Origin: the human T2T-CHM13v2.0 reference genome, Homo sapiens
Length of the DNA stretch: 64,000 bases
Reading direction: 5' to 3' (one strand)
Assembly: GCF_009914755.1 (NCBI RefSeq)
Contig: NC_060928.1
In this document: one piece after another, positions 40,831-54,301 of the stretch
Numbering within the stretch: the stretch's first letter is position 1
Layout: every line of letters starts with the position of its first letter
Program-made: the position numbers and the translations under genes
The notes under the pieces: generated by a model
Seen by the model: only the letters and a program-made list of their open reading frames with translations
What the model was told of the DNA's origin: nothing
Databases searched by the model: none

Positions 40831-42495
40831 CATATGTGGTATTATCCCATTTTACAATGGAAGAAACTGGAATTTATAGCCAGTCTTCATGCAGTCTGTA
40901 AGCATTGATAATTTATTTAATCTAAGTCTCAATTTCCTCATTTGTAAAATGGAATAACACCAAATATCTCACAGAGTTTTGGGGAGAATTAAAAGAAAAT
41001 GTATACCTAAAGTGTTTGGCAAGTAATAGGTCCTCCATAAATGGCCTTTTGCTGAAGGTATTATCTAAATCCAAGTGTTTACCCTAAGAGTCTACACTGA
41101 AAGCATTTAGTCTAAACCTACTTTATCAATATAATAACTTTGTGCAAAGAGGATGCTAAAAATGGAGAAAATGTATACAAATATTTGTGTAATGGATTTA
41201 AAGGTAAATTAACCCTCCATTCCATGATTCTTCACTGGATAGTTAGAATCTTCATCATCTGACAATGATAGATAAGATTATGCAAAATGTGTTTGTTATC
41301 TAAATGCAATTTTTATGACCGAGAAAAGGGCAGCAGCTTCTTTTTACCTCTTAAGTTCCATGCAAAATGCATTATTTCAGACACAATTCTCAAAAATAAG
41401 ATACAGTACATGTTTACTTTGAAAATGACAGTATTAAACTATACCCTGCTTCTCTTTAAATTTTCTCCAGTTTCATTAACTGTAAAATGGTTTATGTTTT
41501 GACTGTAGCACTCTCATCTCGAGTTCATTAACATACTGCTTTTATTTCCTGCAAAACTCATATCAAGCTGATTAAAGTAGGACATAAGTTCAACGGTATG
41601 GAATAGAATTGACGTCATTTTGTCAGATGGTCTCATTGCCTGGAATCAGAAAACAGCCTGAGACACATATTCCAAATTTGGAACGTGTTTCTTTAGTGAG
41701 CTTAAGAACTACACAATAATATACATACTCTTTTTAACAAGCTTACATTTTTTCATTGGCTACACTCTATTTAGAATGAATAGTTGTTTCTGCCAATCCT
41801 CTTGTTTTGCCTTTCCCAACTGCCATTTCTCTTATGAAAATGAGGGAAGACACATACAGCTGTCTTTGGGGGTTATATTATCTTTTCTCATTCCAGAAAA
41901 AAAAGTTATTAAATTTTTAGTCTTCTTTTTGCTCACTGAATTCTAATAAAACCATGAATGCTCTCTGTTGTTATGGCAAATACTATTTTTCCCATGATGA
42001 ATCATCAGGTGGGTGTCATTCAAACTAGCACATCAGTGCTGCACAAAAGTTACCAAAGAGATGCATATTCTTAAACATTTGATGAAGTATTTTATTGAAG
42101 ATCTCTTCAATGAGGAAATTTCCAAATGTCACTGCAGAACTCAATGGATATACTCCAGTGGGAGAAGATTTGTTGTCAGTTAAAACTTGAGCCATGTTTC
42201 TTAAAAAAACATAGTGTACTTAGCGTCTAAAGGATATTAAGTTCCTTAAATAGCCACAGTCAGAGACTACGGAGAAGTGTCATGAGACCCAGGCAGAGGC
42301 TTATCTAGGCTTTAGGAGTCCAAAGGTTTTACAATTTAATACATAATTGCTAGGCTCCTCCTAAGGTCTTGAAACAGTCCAATAAAAGTTACAGGTCCTG
42401 AAGTGGAGGATTCATTAGTTTCACAGTGATTCTACTTCCTCACCATGGGTAAGCAGAGGTGGGTAAGGTGTTCTGCTATATAAATCAATATCCTG

Positions 42496-42947
<452 letters not shown>

Positions 42948-45699
42948 CTACCACCTCATACTCCAAAATTAAAACTGTATAAATGTTGGTAAGCATTAAA
43001 ATTTCAGACTATAATATTTTCATAGAACTGTATGTCCATAAGGACTCCAACCTCCAGATGCAGAACAATAATGTATTGATTTATTCTCTATTTATTTGTA
43101 TATTTATTTATTTATACCCAAATGGTAATATTAAACACTTATTAGGTTCCAGACACTGTCTTGAAGACTCCACTGAATTATTCCATGTAATTCTCTTGAT
43201 TTTTCTACTTTATTGTTGAGAAATTGAGTCTTAAACACTTTAGATACTTTGTCTAAGGTCACCAGTGATTCAGTGCCAAATTCTGCCAGTCTGATGTCAT
43301 CCCTTCTCTGGCTCAAAATGCAACACTGTTTCTGTGATATAGAGTGAATAAGAAAAGTCAGAGCAGAACTTGCTAGACATTCCTGCTTGTGTGGTAGCTC
43401 AAACCATATGTAGTAGTACTGAACATCTTAAGACTTTTAGAACAAAATCCATGGCATTAATGCCTATACATTCACCAAATAGTGTATCCTAAAAGGAACT
43501 CCACCAACTGAGAATTCACTGTGAAAAGCAAGGAATATGCATCTAGATAAGTGAGATGGTGAATCCTCAAATATACCCTTGAGAGCTAATCCTTGGGAAG
43601 AAAGTAGATTATCTGTCAAACTGAACATGAATGTAAGAGAATTCTTGTAGGCTGGGATATACGGTCAGCTTCTCTAGAAATCCATTTTCAAGCATTTTCA
43701 GAAGTGTTCAGAATCCATCTAGGCCCAAGCACTTGGGTATAGGTCTTCACAGGGTTCAGACTCTAGTTGTCTTGCTGTTACTAGGGGCACCAGGGAGATC
43801 CAGCACTGGATAGATCCAATCTGGAATCTTCAATGCTGCCACAGGGCAGATCAGGTACAGCATGGACGGCCCTTGTAGAACATGGAGCATATGCAAGCAA
43901 GGGAGCAGATGGCCAAGAAAAGAAGAGTGGAAAAGATTTTTCCCTCCCTGAACAAGCATAGGAACTCTTCGAAGACCTTCTGGAGTTATGGCTCACCAAA
44001 GGACAGAAGTGCCCTGGGAAGAAAAGGTGTGATGGTGTATAAGGACTAGAATACGTTTAGACATGTTGTTAGAGTTCTAAGAAAATGCATGCCCAAACAA
44101 ATCAAAGTCTGGGTATTGGTATTTTTAAAACATTCATCAGCACAATGTTTTATTAAAATAAAAATTCAAGTGTTTTCTATCAGATTATGGTATAGTTAGA
44201 AGAAATATGCTTTCAGTAGTATTTCTGTGCCTCATGAACACATTTTACATTGAGCACTCTGTAGAGCAGTCCTTTACTTTCTTGTCTGTCGCATTCACTA
44301 GAATGTCAGCTCCTTGAAGGCAGTGCTCAAAATTCCTTCTTACTTACAGCCCCTCTATGCACAAGATTCACTTAGTGTATACTTGTTGAGTTACACACAA
44401 GAGGAGTAAGTAACTTGTGTTGGGTAGTAAATCAGTAGCAGAAGCAGAATTAGAGCCAGGCCCATGGCCTCCTGGCCAGGATTCCTCTTAGAACCTGCAG
44501 TAACAACCAGATTTCCTCTGGCAATGGTTAGACACCACTGAGAATGGCTAGAGTTCCCTCGGGCATCTAGCATTACCAAATGTGAGAAGATTGTGTCCTA
44601 TCTTCTACATAGCTTGGTCTGATTGCAAAGCCTAGAACTTCCTGGATATATGTTTGATCTACAGTTGGTTTTGTGCCATTTAAGTCTATTTGTTCATGGG
44701 ATTTTATTTTTCTGGATTACCCCTTTTTATTAACTATGTATTCTAGTCTCTGATCCCTCCCACTCTGCCCCCAGTTATTAATGGCAATGTGGTACAACAC
44801 ATAAGCCCCATGTGATGGCCCATTTTTGTTGACCTGATGGAGTGGCTCATTAGAAGTGTTGGTGTTTCCTTACTATTCACAACTGAATCTGATGGAGGAA
44901 AATAATACAAAATTGTTCATTTCCTCGGGCTGAAACAATAGTGCTGCTACAATATAAGCAGCTTCTGGATTCATAATTCTATCATAGTGCTTTCCAAGTC
45001 ATATTATAACATACGTTAATATAAAAGTTATGATTCTCCCACTGGAACATAGGCATCTTGAAGTAAGGAGTCATATCCTATTTACTTCATTGTTTCTAAG
45101 CGCTAGCTTAGTGCCATACCTATACTATATATGCCATACATGTTTGTTGAGAAAATGAATGTTACTCTTTTGTTCATTCATACTCTGTCATTCAATATTT
45201 AAGCCTCTCATAATCTTATGAATAATTTTGTAAGAACACCTGTGACATTTTCTATGCTGAGTGTGACAATGTGCCTGTCTATAACTTCAAGCCTTTTAAT
45301 TTATTAAAGCATATTCTTCCCAGTATAAAATGCCACTATAAATACTTCTTAATTACAGCACATCTCAAGTCTCCCTTTTTTCCCCTGCCAACCTCCCCAT
45401 CAAGGATGAATCTGAATATCACGAGAGGGCAGCGGAAAGAGATTGCCTTGGGGTCAGGTATATTGCCTGGCAGCAGCATGTTCAAGGAAGTGCTCCATAA
45501 ACCGATATCTCTACTAATAAACTGCAGGTTTCAGAGCATAGGAAAACTCCACTAAGGCATAGTGGCAGGATGTGAATCTCTATATTGGGGACAATGTTTT
45601 GGTGAGCTGAAGAAGAATTTTGTGAAACATGGGATAAACTCAGAGGGACTGAGGATCTGGAGACAGAAGGTAGTATGGTACATGTTTCAGTACCTCTTA

Positions 45700-46970
45700 G
45701 TGGGATACTGTGCTAACACCCAAAGATGGGGGAGGAAATGTGGCTTTGTAAATGGATAATGAATAAAGGGTAGAATAATTTTGAGAAACATGACAGAAAA
45801 GGCGTAGATTGTCTTGAAGGAACTGTTGGGAGAAATACAGATGTTACAGACTGCTGATGAGGGCTCAGAAGGATGCTAGGGGCATGGTAGTGAAAACCTG
45901 TATCATCTTGTAGAATACCTAAATGATCACAAACAAACTGTTGGTAGAAATATGGATGTTAAAAGTGCTAGTGTGAGGGCCCAGAAGGACATGAGGATCA
46001 TGAAAGGCAATTGTTGTTATATAGTGGCAGAAAACTTACCTGAATTGTATTCTACAGTTAGGAGGAAAGTAAAATATGCAAGCAATGAACTTGGATATTT
46101 AGCTGAGAAGATTTCTGTTTTAGTACATTCTCCTGCTGCTACAAAGAACTGCCTGAGACTTGGTAGTTTATAAAAGAAAGAGGCTTGATTGACTCACGGT
46201 TCAGCATGGCTGGGGAGGCCTCAGGAAACTTATGATCATGGCAGGAGGCAAAGGGAAAGAAAGGCAGATCTTACATGGTGGCAGGTGAGCAGAGAAAGAG
46301 AAGGAGGAACTGCTAAACACTTGTAAAACCATCAGATCTTGTGAGAATTCACGCACTATCATGAGAACAGCATGGAGGAAACCACCCCCATGATCCAATT
46401 ACCTCCCACCAGGCCCTTTCCTGGACTTGTGGGGATTACAATTCAAGATGAGATTTAGGTGGGGGCACAGAGCCAAACCATATCAATTTCGAAGCAACGT
46501 GTTGGAGGCGGGGCCTGGTTTCTCCTTGCTGTTTATAGTAAAATGTGAGAAGATAGAGATAATTGGAGGAGAAACTGTTCAGCAAAAAGGAAACAGGACT
46601 TGATGAGTTGAAAAATTCTTAACTTACTCAAATTGCAAAATAAGTTAAATTAGGAGATTAACTCTCAGAAAAGTGGGACAGACAAGGGTGTGGCTGGACA
46701 ACCTTTTGCTAGTGCCTCTGACAACCAAAAGGTCAGATTATTTATTCACACAGAGGCCTTTTTGAATATATGAAATGTACGACTCATGGATCCCCTTAGC
46801 TATCTTAGCAGAAGTCAGGAATAAAGATGGGATTTTTCAGGAAAAATCCCTGTGTAGGAGCCTCTTGTCTAACAGAGTAACTCTCACAAAATATGCAAGA
46901 GACCTACATAGTTTTTAAGAATTTTATACCAGCAGCAACGTTGTTGGCTTGCACTGGAAGAGACAGACAG
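45700..46970 (+). mobile_element. MaLR internal sequence (MST/MLT-int-like), split by a younger LTR
   Basis: actgttggtagaaatatggatgttaaa...gaacttggatatttagctgagaagatttc continues after the insert as gaagcaacgtgttggaggc...cctggtttctccttgctgtttatagtaaaatg. Confidence 0.75.
46116..46485 (-). mobile_element. Solo MaLR LTR (MSTA-like) nested in the MaLR internal sequence
   Basis: TG...CA termini (...cacagagccaaaccatatca) and a perfect TSD ATTTC (46111-46115, 46486-46490). Confidence 0.92.
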
Positions 46971-46999
46971 AGGACAAAATGAAAGAAGGGAAGGGTGAC

Positions 47000-47830
47000 T
47001 CTGAGCGGGGAGCCTTGGGCATAGAGGATGGAGTTAGGACACAAGGTGAAGGACATGGGACAGAAGCAGATGGGTAGGTGTATGTGGTCTGCGAGCATGT
47101 GCAAGTTCTCTTTTAATGTATTCTATTTCCTAGGTGAACAGTTTGCTAAATCATCAGCTGAGAGTTAAAATTGGAAGGAAATGTTCAATGTTGGAAGAAT
47201 GATACAAAAGAGTCATCCAGAAGACAGGGACGGTGCTTAGTCTAGACAGAGAAAAAAAATGTTGTCAGTCAATATAATCAAGCCCATTTTGTAGTCATGA
47301 ATTTCAAGTGAATCAATCCACATTGTTATTGTTTTTCTCCAGCTACTTTTGGCCACCTGGATGTACATATGGGATAGGCAGATATATTGATTAACCAGGG
47401 TTATACTCTAGCCGAAGTAATTCAAAAAAGAGAGAGACTGGTAAGAGAGCTGTCAATGTATATAAAGGAGTGATCATAATGTCTGAGCATAGAATTGAAG
47501 CTGGGCATAGAGGGAAGTGAGAACATGTATGAGATAAGACACAATGAGAAGCTGGTAGGACCAATCGATTGTTGGTCCTGCAGGGGTCAAAACGTTGTTG
47601 GAATTGAAGTACCAGAAGGAACAAACTGAAACAGGATAAGGTACATGGGGAGTGGTATGCTTGCATTTGAAATGCACTTGTTGATAATCACAAAGTCAAG
47701 AGCATGACCCTAGCTGTGAGTGGCTGAGGTAGGGCAGTTGACAAGGTCATTGCAGAAGTCCAGCTGCTGAGACACCAGGACATTGGAAGGATCATCTACA
47801 TGGATTTAAAGAAGAGTTTGGAGTCTGATT
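47000..47830 (-). mobile_element. Degraded L2 LINE (approximate)
   Basis: G/A-rich tract with tctatttcctaggtgaa...aaatcatcagctgagagt and gtgagtggctgaggtaggg motifs. Confidence 0.5.
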
Positions 47831-49439
47831 AAGGAAGGGTTTATCAATAAATATATAGTTTTTGTTTTTTAATAAAGGCATCGAACACTGTATGGCAAAG
47901 TGTGACTGACTTATCTTTCACACTTTCCATTTATAACTACTAAAGCCCCAAAACCAAAAGACAGTTTTGAATTTATGTACCTTATATTGTGGAAGTGACT
48001 GCTGGATGATACCATTAATAATAAAGGCACCACCCTTGAATTTATAACCTCTTTCTAGATACTTAAATCCCCAGAGCTTTGCGCACAAGGCCAGGAAACA
48101 AATAGTTGTTCGAATATGTGCTGCCTTAAAATAGCTGTATATGACATTGAAAGCCACAACTTTAGCTCATGTTGTCTAATGTTAACTACATCCTAAGAAA
48201 GTCAGCTCTAGGACCTTGATTTAACATCACTCATTTGCATAATATAGTGTACATATTTAATACCTCCCTGTTACTTGTATTTCAAGCAGCCATAGTGGTT
48301 AATAATATATTATCCAGCTAGAGTAGCCATTAGCCAGTCTTATGAGGTAAAAGATCACAAATTTAGACATGCCATATTTTAACAAACATAGTTCACTAAT
48401 ATTTAATTGGAGAAATATTTTTCTTACCTTAAATAAATTTGATGACTATACATCCATGCTTCATAAAATATATCTGAATGTAACCTCCCTGAACTGTGCA
48501 ATATTTTAAAAATATGTTAAATCTTGTGAAAATGAAAATATCCAAACTTGTGTAAGGATACAAAAAAAATATTGAGGAACAAGGGAGACCATCTTTTATA
48601 TCATATCATTCTATATTTTCGAATGGAATATACCCAACAGCATTTCCAAAAATTTTGAATAAGAAACCAAAGTTCAAAGAGAAACTATCTACAAAAGAAA
48701 AAAGTTACAGCTATACTTTATCTAAAAAAAGAATTAAAGCTAAGACTGTTTTGGGGCAGGCACTCACTTCTATTACATGTCTATATTTCATGGCATGTCC
48801 ACCTTGACCAACTGTCTTTCCAAATTGAAAAAATTACCACTTTTTATTCTATAACCAGTGAAAGGCTATTTATTCTTTCTCATTCTTTGCTAGATAATGG
48901 AATAATAAGGAAAATTATATAGAACATACCCATGCTTGTGGTTACCTTTTATGAAAAGACAGTGGAAATGCCAGTGTTTTCACACAGCTAGATACAGCAG
49001 TATTGGAAAGGTGCTATTTCTTAATCTGGGTGGTGGGTATATATATGTTTTATTATTATGCCTAAAAATGTATTATTCATTACCAATATTTTTAAATATA
49101 TGAAATGTTTAATAATAAAAAGTTGTGAAAAGCGAAGATAGTCTAGATATAACCCTATTTATCATAGATCGAAGAGGAAAAATGTCAGCCAAAATAGCAC
49201 AAGTGCTTATTTTTACTAGCATGTAATAAGATGTCTGTCCCGTCTGTTCCAATATTTCAGACAAATATAAGCACATGCTGCTTTGCTTTTAAATTAATTG
49301 ATATAAAAAAGTACTCTTGTAGCCTTCAGGAATGGACGTGGATCCCCCAACCCCAGCCAAGTATAAACTGTCCTCCTTCCACACGAAATGCTCTGTCTAG
49401 TCTCTCCATCCTCATCACCCTAACTTAAAACTAGGTTGT

Positions 49440-49824
49440 TGATGTGGTTAGGCCTTGTGTCCCCACCCAAATCTCATCCATAATCCCTATAATTTCCATA
49501 ATCCCCATTTGTTAAGAAAGAGACCAGGTGGAAGTAATTGAATCATCGGGGGCAGTTTCCCCCAGGCTGTTCTCATGATAGTGAGTGAGCTCTCACAAGA
49601 TCTGATGGTATTATAAGGAGCTCTTCGCCCTCTGCTCAGCGCTTCTCCATCCTGCCACCTTGTGAAGAAGGTGCCTTGCTTCCCCTTCACCTTCTGCCAT
49701 GATTGTAAGTTTCCTGAGGCCTCCCCAGCCATGCTGATCTGTTTTCTTCAGACCGACCTCTTTCCTTTATAAATTACCCAGTCTCAGGTAGTTCTTTACA
49801 GCAGTGTGAAAATGGACTAATACA
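49440..49824 (+). mobile_element. Solo MaLR LTR (THE1D/MSTA-like)
   Basis: tgatgtggtt...gtgtccccacccaaatctcatc ... gcagtgtgaaaatggactaataca; TSD GTTGT/GTAGT. Confidence 0.92.
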
Positions 49825-51880
49825 GTAGTGAAGAATTTGACACAGCCTTCATTCATATAATAAGCATTTGTTGAATACCTTCTATTGGTAGGAAACTATA
49901 AGTTTTGAGATCACTTGTATGTAAATAATCCACTTTGAGTTTTACAGTATATAATCTCTTTTAGTAGTCAACTGGTTCCCACAGAGCAAGAGAACAATTG
50001 AAATACATCCTGAGAATAGCTAATGAAAAGAAACAAGAACAGAGTTGACAAGACTGTCTCAAATAAGTCATTTCCTTTGTGGGGCAAACACTTAATTTCT
50101 AAAGAATGGTCTACACATTGCACATTCTTCTTGATCAATGTAAATAATAATTCTTTCCCAGTAATGGAAAAATCCACATCTCTCAGAAGGCCTCAGTACT
50201 CTATCAATGCCACTTCTTTTGAGTTGACCACCCAAGAAACAGACAGTGGCTTCCTGTTCAGGTGTCACAGTCAGCCCCTAATATAAAATAAAGGCCCCAG
50301 AGGACAGCTGTTGTGCTCATTCATGCCCTAACAAGGACACAAAGCCATTAGTCTATGAAGTTGGCAAGGGTTGGAACAGCAAGGCTTGGAACGGAAAAGA
50401 AATGAAGACTCTACTGCCTCCACCTCCCATACAGATACCTTCCAAGTAGGCTTTTCTGAGGAAAAGTGCTGGCCCTGTAGGCATTTAAGTATGTCAGCAC
50501 ACAGTCACTCCTCTGTGGTTGATGTAACTTAAGAAAGTGTCAAAGACAAGTCAGCCACTTTGCTTGGGATAAACAACACCAGGCACTTCTACATAGGGAG
50601 AAATTATTTCCCTGCTCTTCCACTTTAGGGCATTCAATGACTATAAATGTCCATCTGTTGCCCTTTCACTTCAATAAACAATTTCTGTGATTCCATCTTG
50701 TAAGGAGTCGTTCAACGTGTAAAGCCATTGTGATGTTTCACATTCATCGGTCAAATGCCATTAACTGCTGCTACCTAAATATGACTTATCAGAGGAGAGT
50801 CCATTATTTCCCTTATGTCAGGCAGAAAATGAGCTTCTCCACCCCAAAATTCACTTCTTTGCTGAATACCCGGATATATCATACAAAGAATGATAGAGTA
50901 GGGGTAGTAGGATGAGTAGGAATTTCCGAGGCAAGTGAAGAGAGGGAGACATAAAGAGGATAGAAATACCTCTTTCTGCTGTTACAACCATCACTCCACT
51001 CCTTCCTTTCAGTAATTGTTTTAACACAGAGGTGTCCTGCTTGCTGGTGGCAACCCTCATTTGTGACACAGGGATGGCACACAGCATATCTTCCCTCAAT
51101 GGTCCCATGGGCACAACACCAGATTGCCATGCATATTGATTTTTCTCTCATCCCATCGAGACATCACAGCTGCCCCCTCAGAGCGTAGGTGGAGGCAAAA
51201 CCTCACTCCTGGGCAGGACAAATGTATGTTCACAGCCCTACTCTTGGAACAACTCCCATGCTGCTCTGAGCCTTTTCCATTTGCTCATTCTGGGGTTGAG
51301 AAAATGAAAGCAAAATCCTCAGAGGACCTTAGATAGGTCTGAAGAATAAAAAATAAAACAGCTGGGCTAAAACCAGCTCAATAATTTCTCCGTGCTTTGC
51401 ACTCTCTCCCTCTGAAATTACAGTTGCAGAAGATAAAGGCTGAGAAATAAAAAACTGAATTTGGCCTTGATGTTTAAAGGAGGTGGATGTATCTGAATTT
51501 AAGTAGTAAATCACTATATTTTTGATGAGGTGATTAAATTATCTGGAACTGCTTACATGATTCGTGTTCTATCACATCGAGTCTGGGTTCTCTGGTTACA
51601 TGCATGGTGCATGTGTGCTCTGGCATTTCTGTTCACAGCTGGCCACAAACTGCAATTTCTCTGTCTGTATTTGAAGATCGAAATCAGAAGCACAGTCAGG
51701 GAATATGGTGACAAACAGCACTAATTGGACAAATGTTTTAACATATGCAGGGCCACAAAGTCACAATGGTGCTTGCACTTTAGACTATTGGTCAAATATC
51801 CCAAAAGTAGGTTTGGGTAGTTTTACCCTGATTAGAAGGGATCTTGAGAGGCCACCTAATTCTTCTTCTCACTCTGCTCC

Positions 51881-51907
51881 CCCTAACCCTAACACTAACC
51901 CTAACCC
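51881..51907. repeat. Short interstitial telomere-like repeat (CCCTAA)n
   Basis: CCCTAA CCCTAA CACTAA CCCTAA CCC. Confidence 0.8.
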
Positions 51908-51916
51908 AAACATACT

Positions 51917-52287
51917 TGATATGATTTGGCTCTGTGTCCCCACCCAAATCTCATCTTGAATTGTAATTCCCACAATCCCCACGTGTCTTGGAGGAACCCA
52001 GTGGGAGGTGATTGAATTATGGGGGTGGGTCTTTCCCGTCCTATTCTCATAGTGAATGGGTATCATGTGATCTGATGGTCTTACAAAATGGGAGTTTGCC
52101 TGCACAAGCTCTCTCTTTGCCTGCCACCATCCAAGTAAGATGTGACTTGTTCCTCCTTGCCTTCTGCCATGATTGTGAGGCTTCCCCAGCCACGTGGAAC
52201 TGTGAGTTCTCCATTAAACCTTTTTCCTTTGTAAATTGCCCAGTCTCAGGTTTATCTTTATCAGCAGTGTGAAAACAAACTAATAAA
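51917..52287 (+). mobile_element. Solo THE1 LTR (THE1B/C-like)
   Basis: tgatatgatttggctctgtgtccccacccaaatctcatcttgaattgt...tcagcagtgtgaaaacaaactaata; TSD ATACT/ATACC. Confidence 0.92.
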
Positions 52288-53109
52288 ATACCCATCAAGA
52301 AAACTATTCATCTAATCAAACACAACTCTCTTGGCCTATCTTGGGCTTTGATTTGTTGATAAATGAAACATAAGTAAATGACTACCTGTTGGGGCTTCAG
52401 AGGCAGCTTCTGTGCATTCCCTCCAATCACCATTTCACATACACACAGATACACATGTGTACATGTATAGAGTCACACAGAGGCAGTTTTACTAGGTTGT
52501 TGGCATATGAAATCCATGTGGCAACAGTAATAGACTCTACTTCTAATTCTAAGGCTTAACCTCCAAATACTCCTGAGAAAGGCAAATTTACATGGACTGA
52601 TTCAAGACTCTTTCACAAGAATGGTTTTTATAGAAAGAAGGCACTAATATAATTATGGAATAAAGAGAAAATGTAACAGAGAAGACAAAAGTTGCCTCTT
52701 TCTTAGTTTTGTAGGATATATTCAGCTCAAAGGAATTATGATTAAGTCACATATTTAGATTTGGTTTATGTCAATTAATAAAATATGCTGCTTGTGAGGA
52801 TTATGGGACATCTTTGATGTCTAAGTATTCATTCTTTATTGACTTTATGTCCTTCAAATTAATTTTGTCCAAAGCAAACACTTGAATATATTTTGATTTT
52901 ACTAACATTGTAAAAGCAATTCAGTTTAAGGTTTATGTGACTGTATGTTCTGAAATTCTATAAAATGCCTTGTAGGGATAGTTCTGTAGGTCATGCTCTC
53001 AGATTTTGGTATTGCATTGCCGTGTTGAAGTTTAGTTCAACAGCTATAATCTGTTACAAAGGGTAATATTTTGCTTTGTTAATTATCACCAATCTCTTCA
53101 TTTCTTTTT

Positions 53110-53168
53110 GAGCTTCTGCACTTACTGAGTCAAGAAAGAGCTTCTGCACTTACTGAGTCAGGAAAGAG
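53110..53168. repeat. 28-bp tandem duplication
   Basis: GAGCTTCTGCACTTACTGAGTCA(A/G)GAAA x2, followed by GAG. Confidence 0.95.
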
Positions 53169-54244
53169 TAAGGAAGGGAAGGAAATATCTTTGTGTAGCA
53201 CTGAACAGAACCCATTTTAAGAAAATTTTGCTAAATACGGTATTTTGGGGAGATGAGTGGTTTTACTATTTGTTCAGAGCTACCTTTCCCATTCTCAAAT
53301 ATTTTTGTTCTCCTTACCCGTGAATGCTTAAAAAGACTAGTACAAAATATAGTTCCACAGTTAGCTAAGACCTTACAGGTTTAACTACAAAAGAACCATG
53401 GAGATTTTCTTAATAAAACACTTCCCGTTTGAGCCATAGGTTCACAGGATTAAAAAAAAAATAGCACTGAATATCTTAAAACCATGAATTGACCTTAAGG
53501 CTTTGAGCTTCCATTTTCCATGATGGGACTTTTTAATCTTTTTTATTCAGACACTCTGGTGGAAAAACATAGTTATGAAAGAATGATTAGTTTACCAGTT
53601 GGGGGCAAGAGAATGGAGGTTAAAATGCTTGTTGCTACGTTTTTATTCTTTGTTTGTTTTAAAATTCATGGAAGCTCTAAATCCTCTCACAGTCTATAAA
53701 TAATCCTAGGAAGGAATGCCAAGGGTAGAAATGGATTTCTCTACATGGAAGCTGGATGGCATTTGATCTCTTTAAATATACAATGATCTCACACCTCTTT
53801 CAAAGGTATATCTAATTCTGTACATCTTTTGTAACTGTGTCTCCGGAAAATGGCCAGTAAAATATCTAGAGATGCATTCATTTAATTCTTATTTTGAAGC
53901 ATAATGAATATTATCATTGAAAAATAAATAAAATAGCCAACATTGTTTTGTTGCTTACTATGTGTGAAGCATGTATTTCATTATTTCATTTAATCTTCAG
54001 AACACTAAAGATCTAGATTTTATTATTTTTCTCATCTTTCTAAGTAACTCAAAGGATGGAGATAACTTATCCAATGTCACAGAACTTAGGAGAAGTCAAG
54101 GATATGATCCACACAGTCTAACTCCAAATCAAAAGCATAGCCAAACATATAAACACAGAATCAAATGGTCCACATTTTTGTACAGCTAGAGAATATAATT
54201 TGTTCTCTAATAAATACAATATATTAAAAGTTTATTGAATTATA

Positions 54245-54301
54245 ATATATATGTATATATATGTGTGTGTGTATGTATATATATATGTATATGTGTGTGT
54301 G
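54245..54301. repeat. Compound (TA)n/(TG)n microsatellite
   Basis: Read directly from the sequence. Confidence 0.85.

Noticed and set aside
43600-44060. Locally GC-richer stretch with two minus-strand ORFs, possible processed pseudogene
   Set aside because: No recognisable protein similarity in the frames I examined, and no poly(A) or TSD; cannot be supported.
45820-45990. Two copies of actgttgg.agaaata..gatgtta
   Set aside because: Lies within the MaLR internal sequence and is probably intrinsic to that element.
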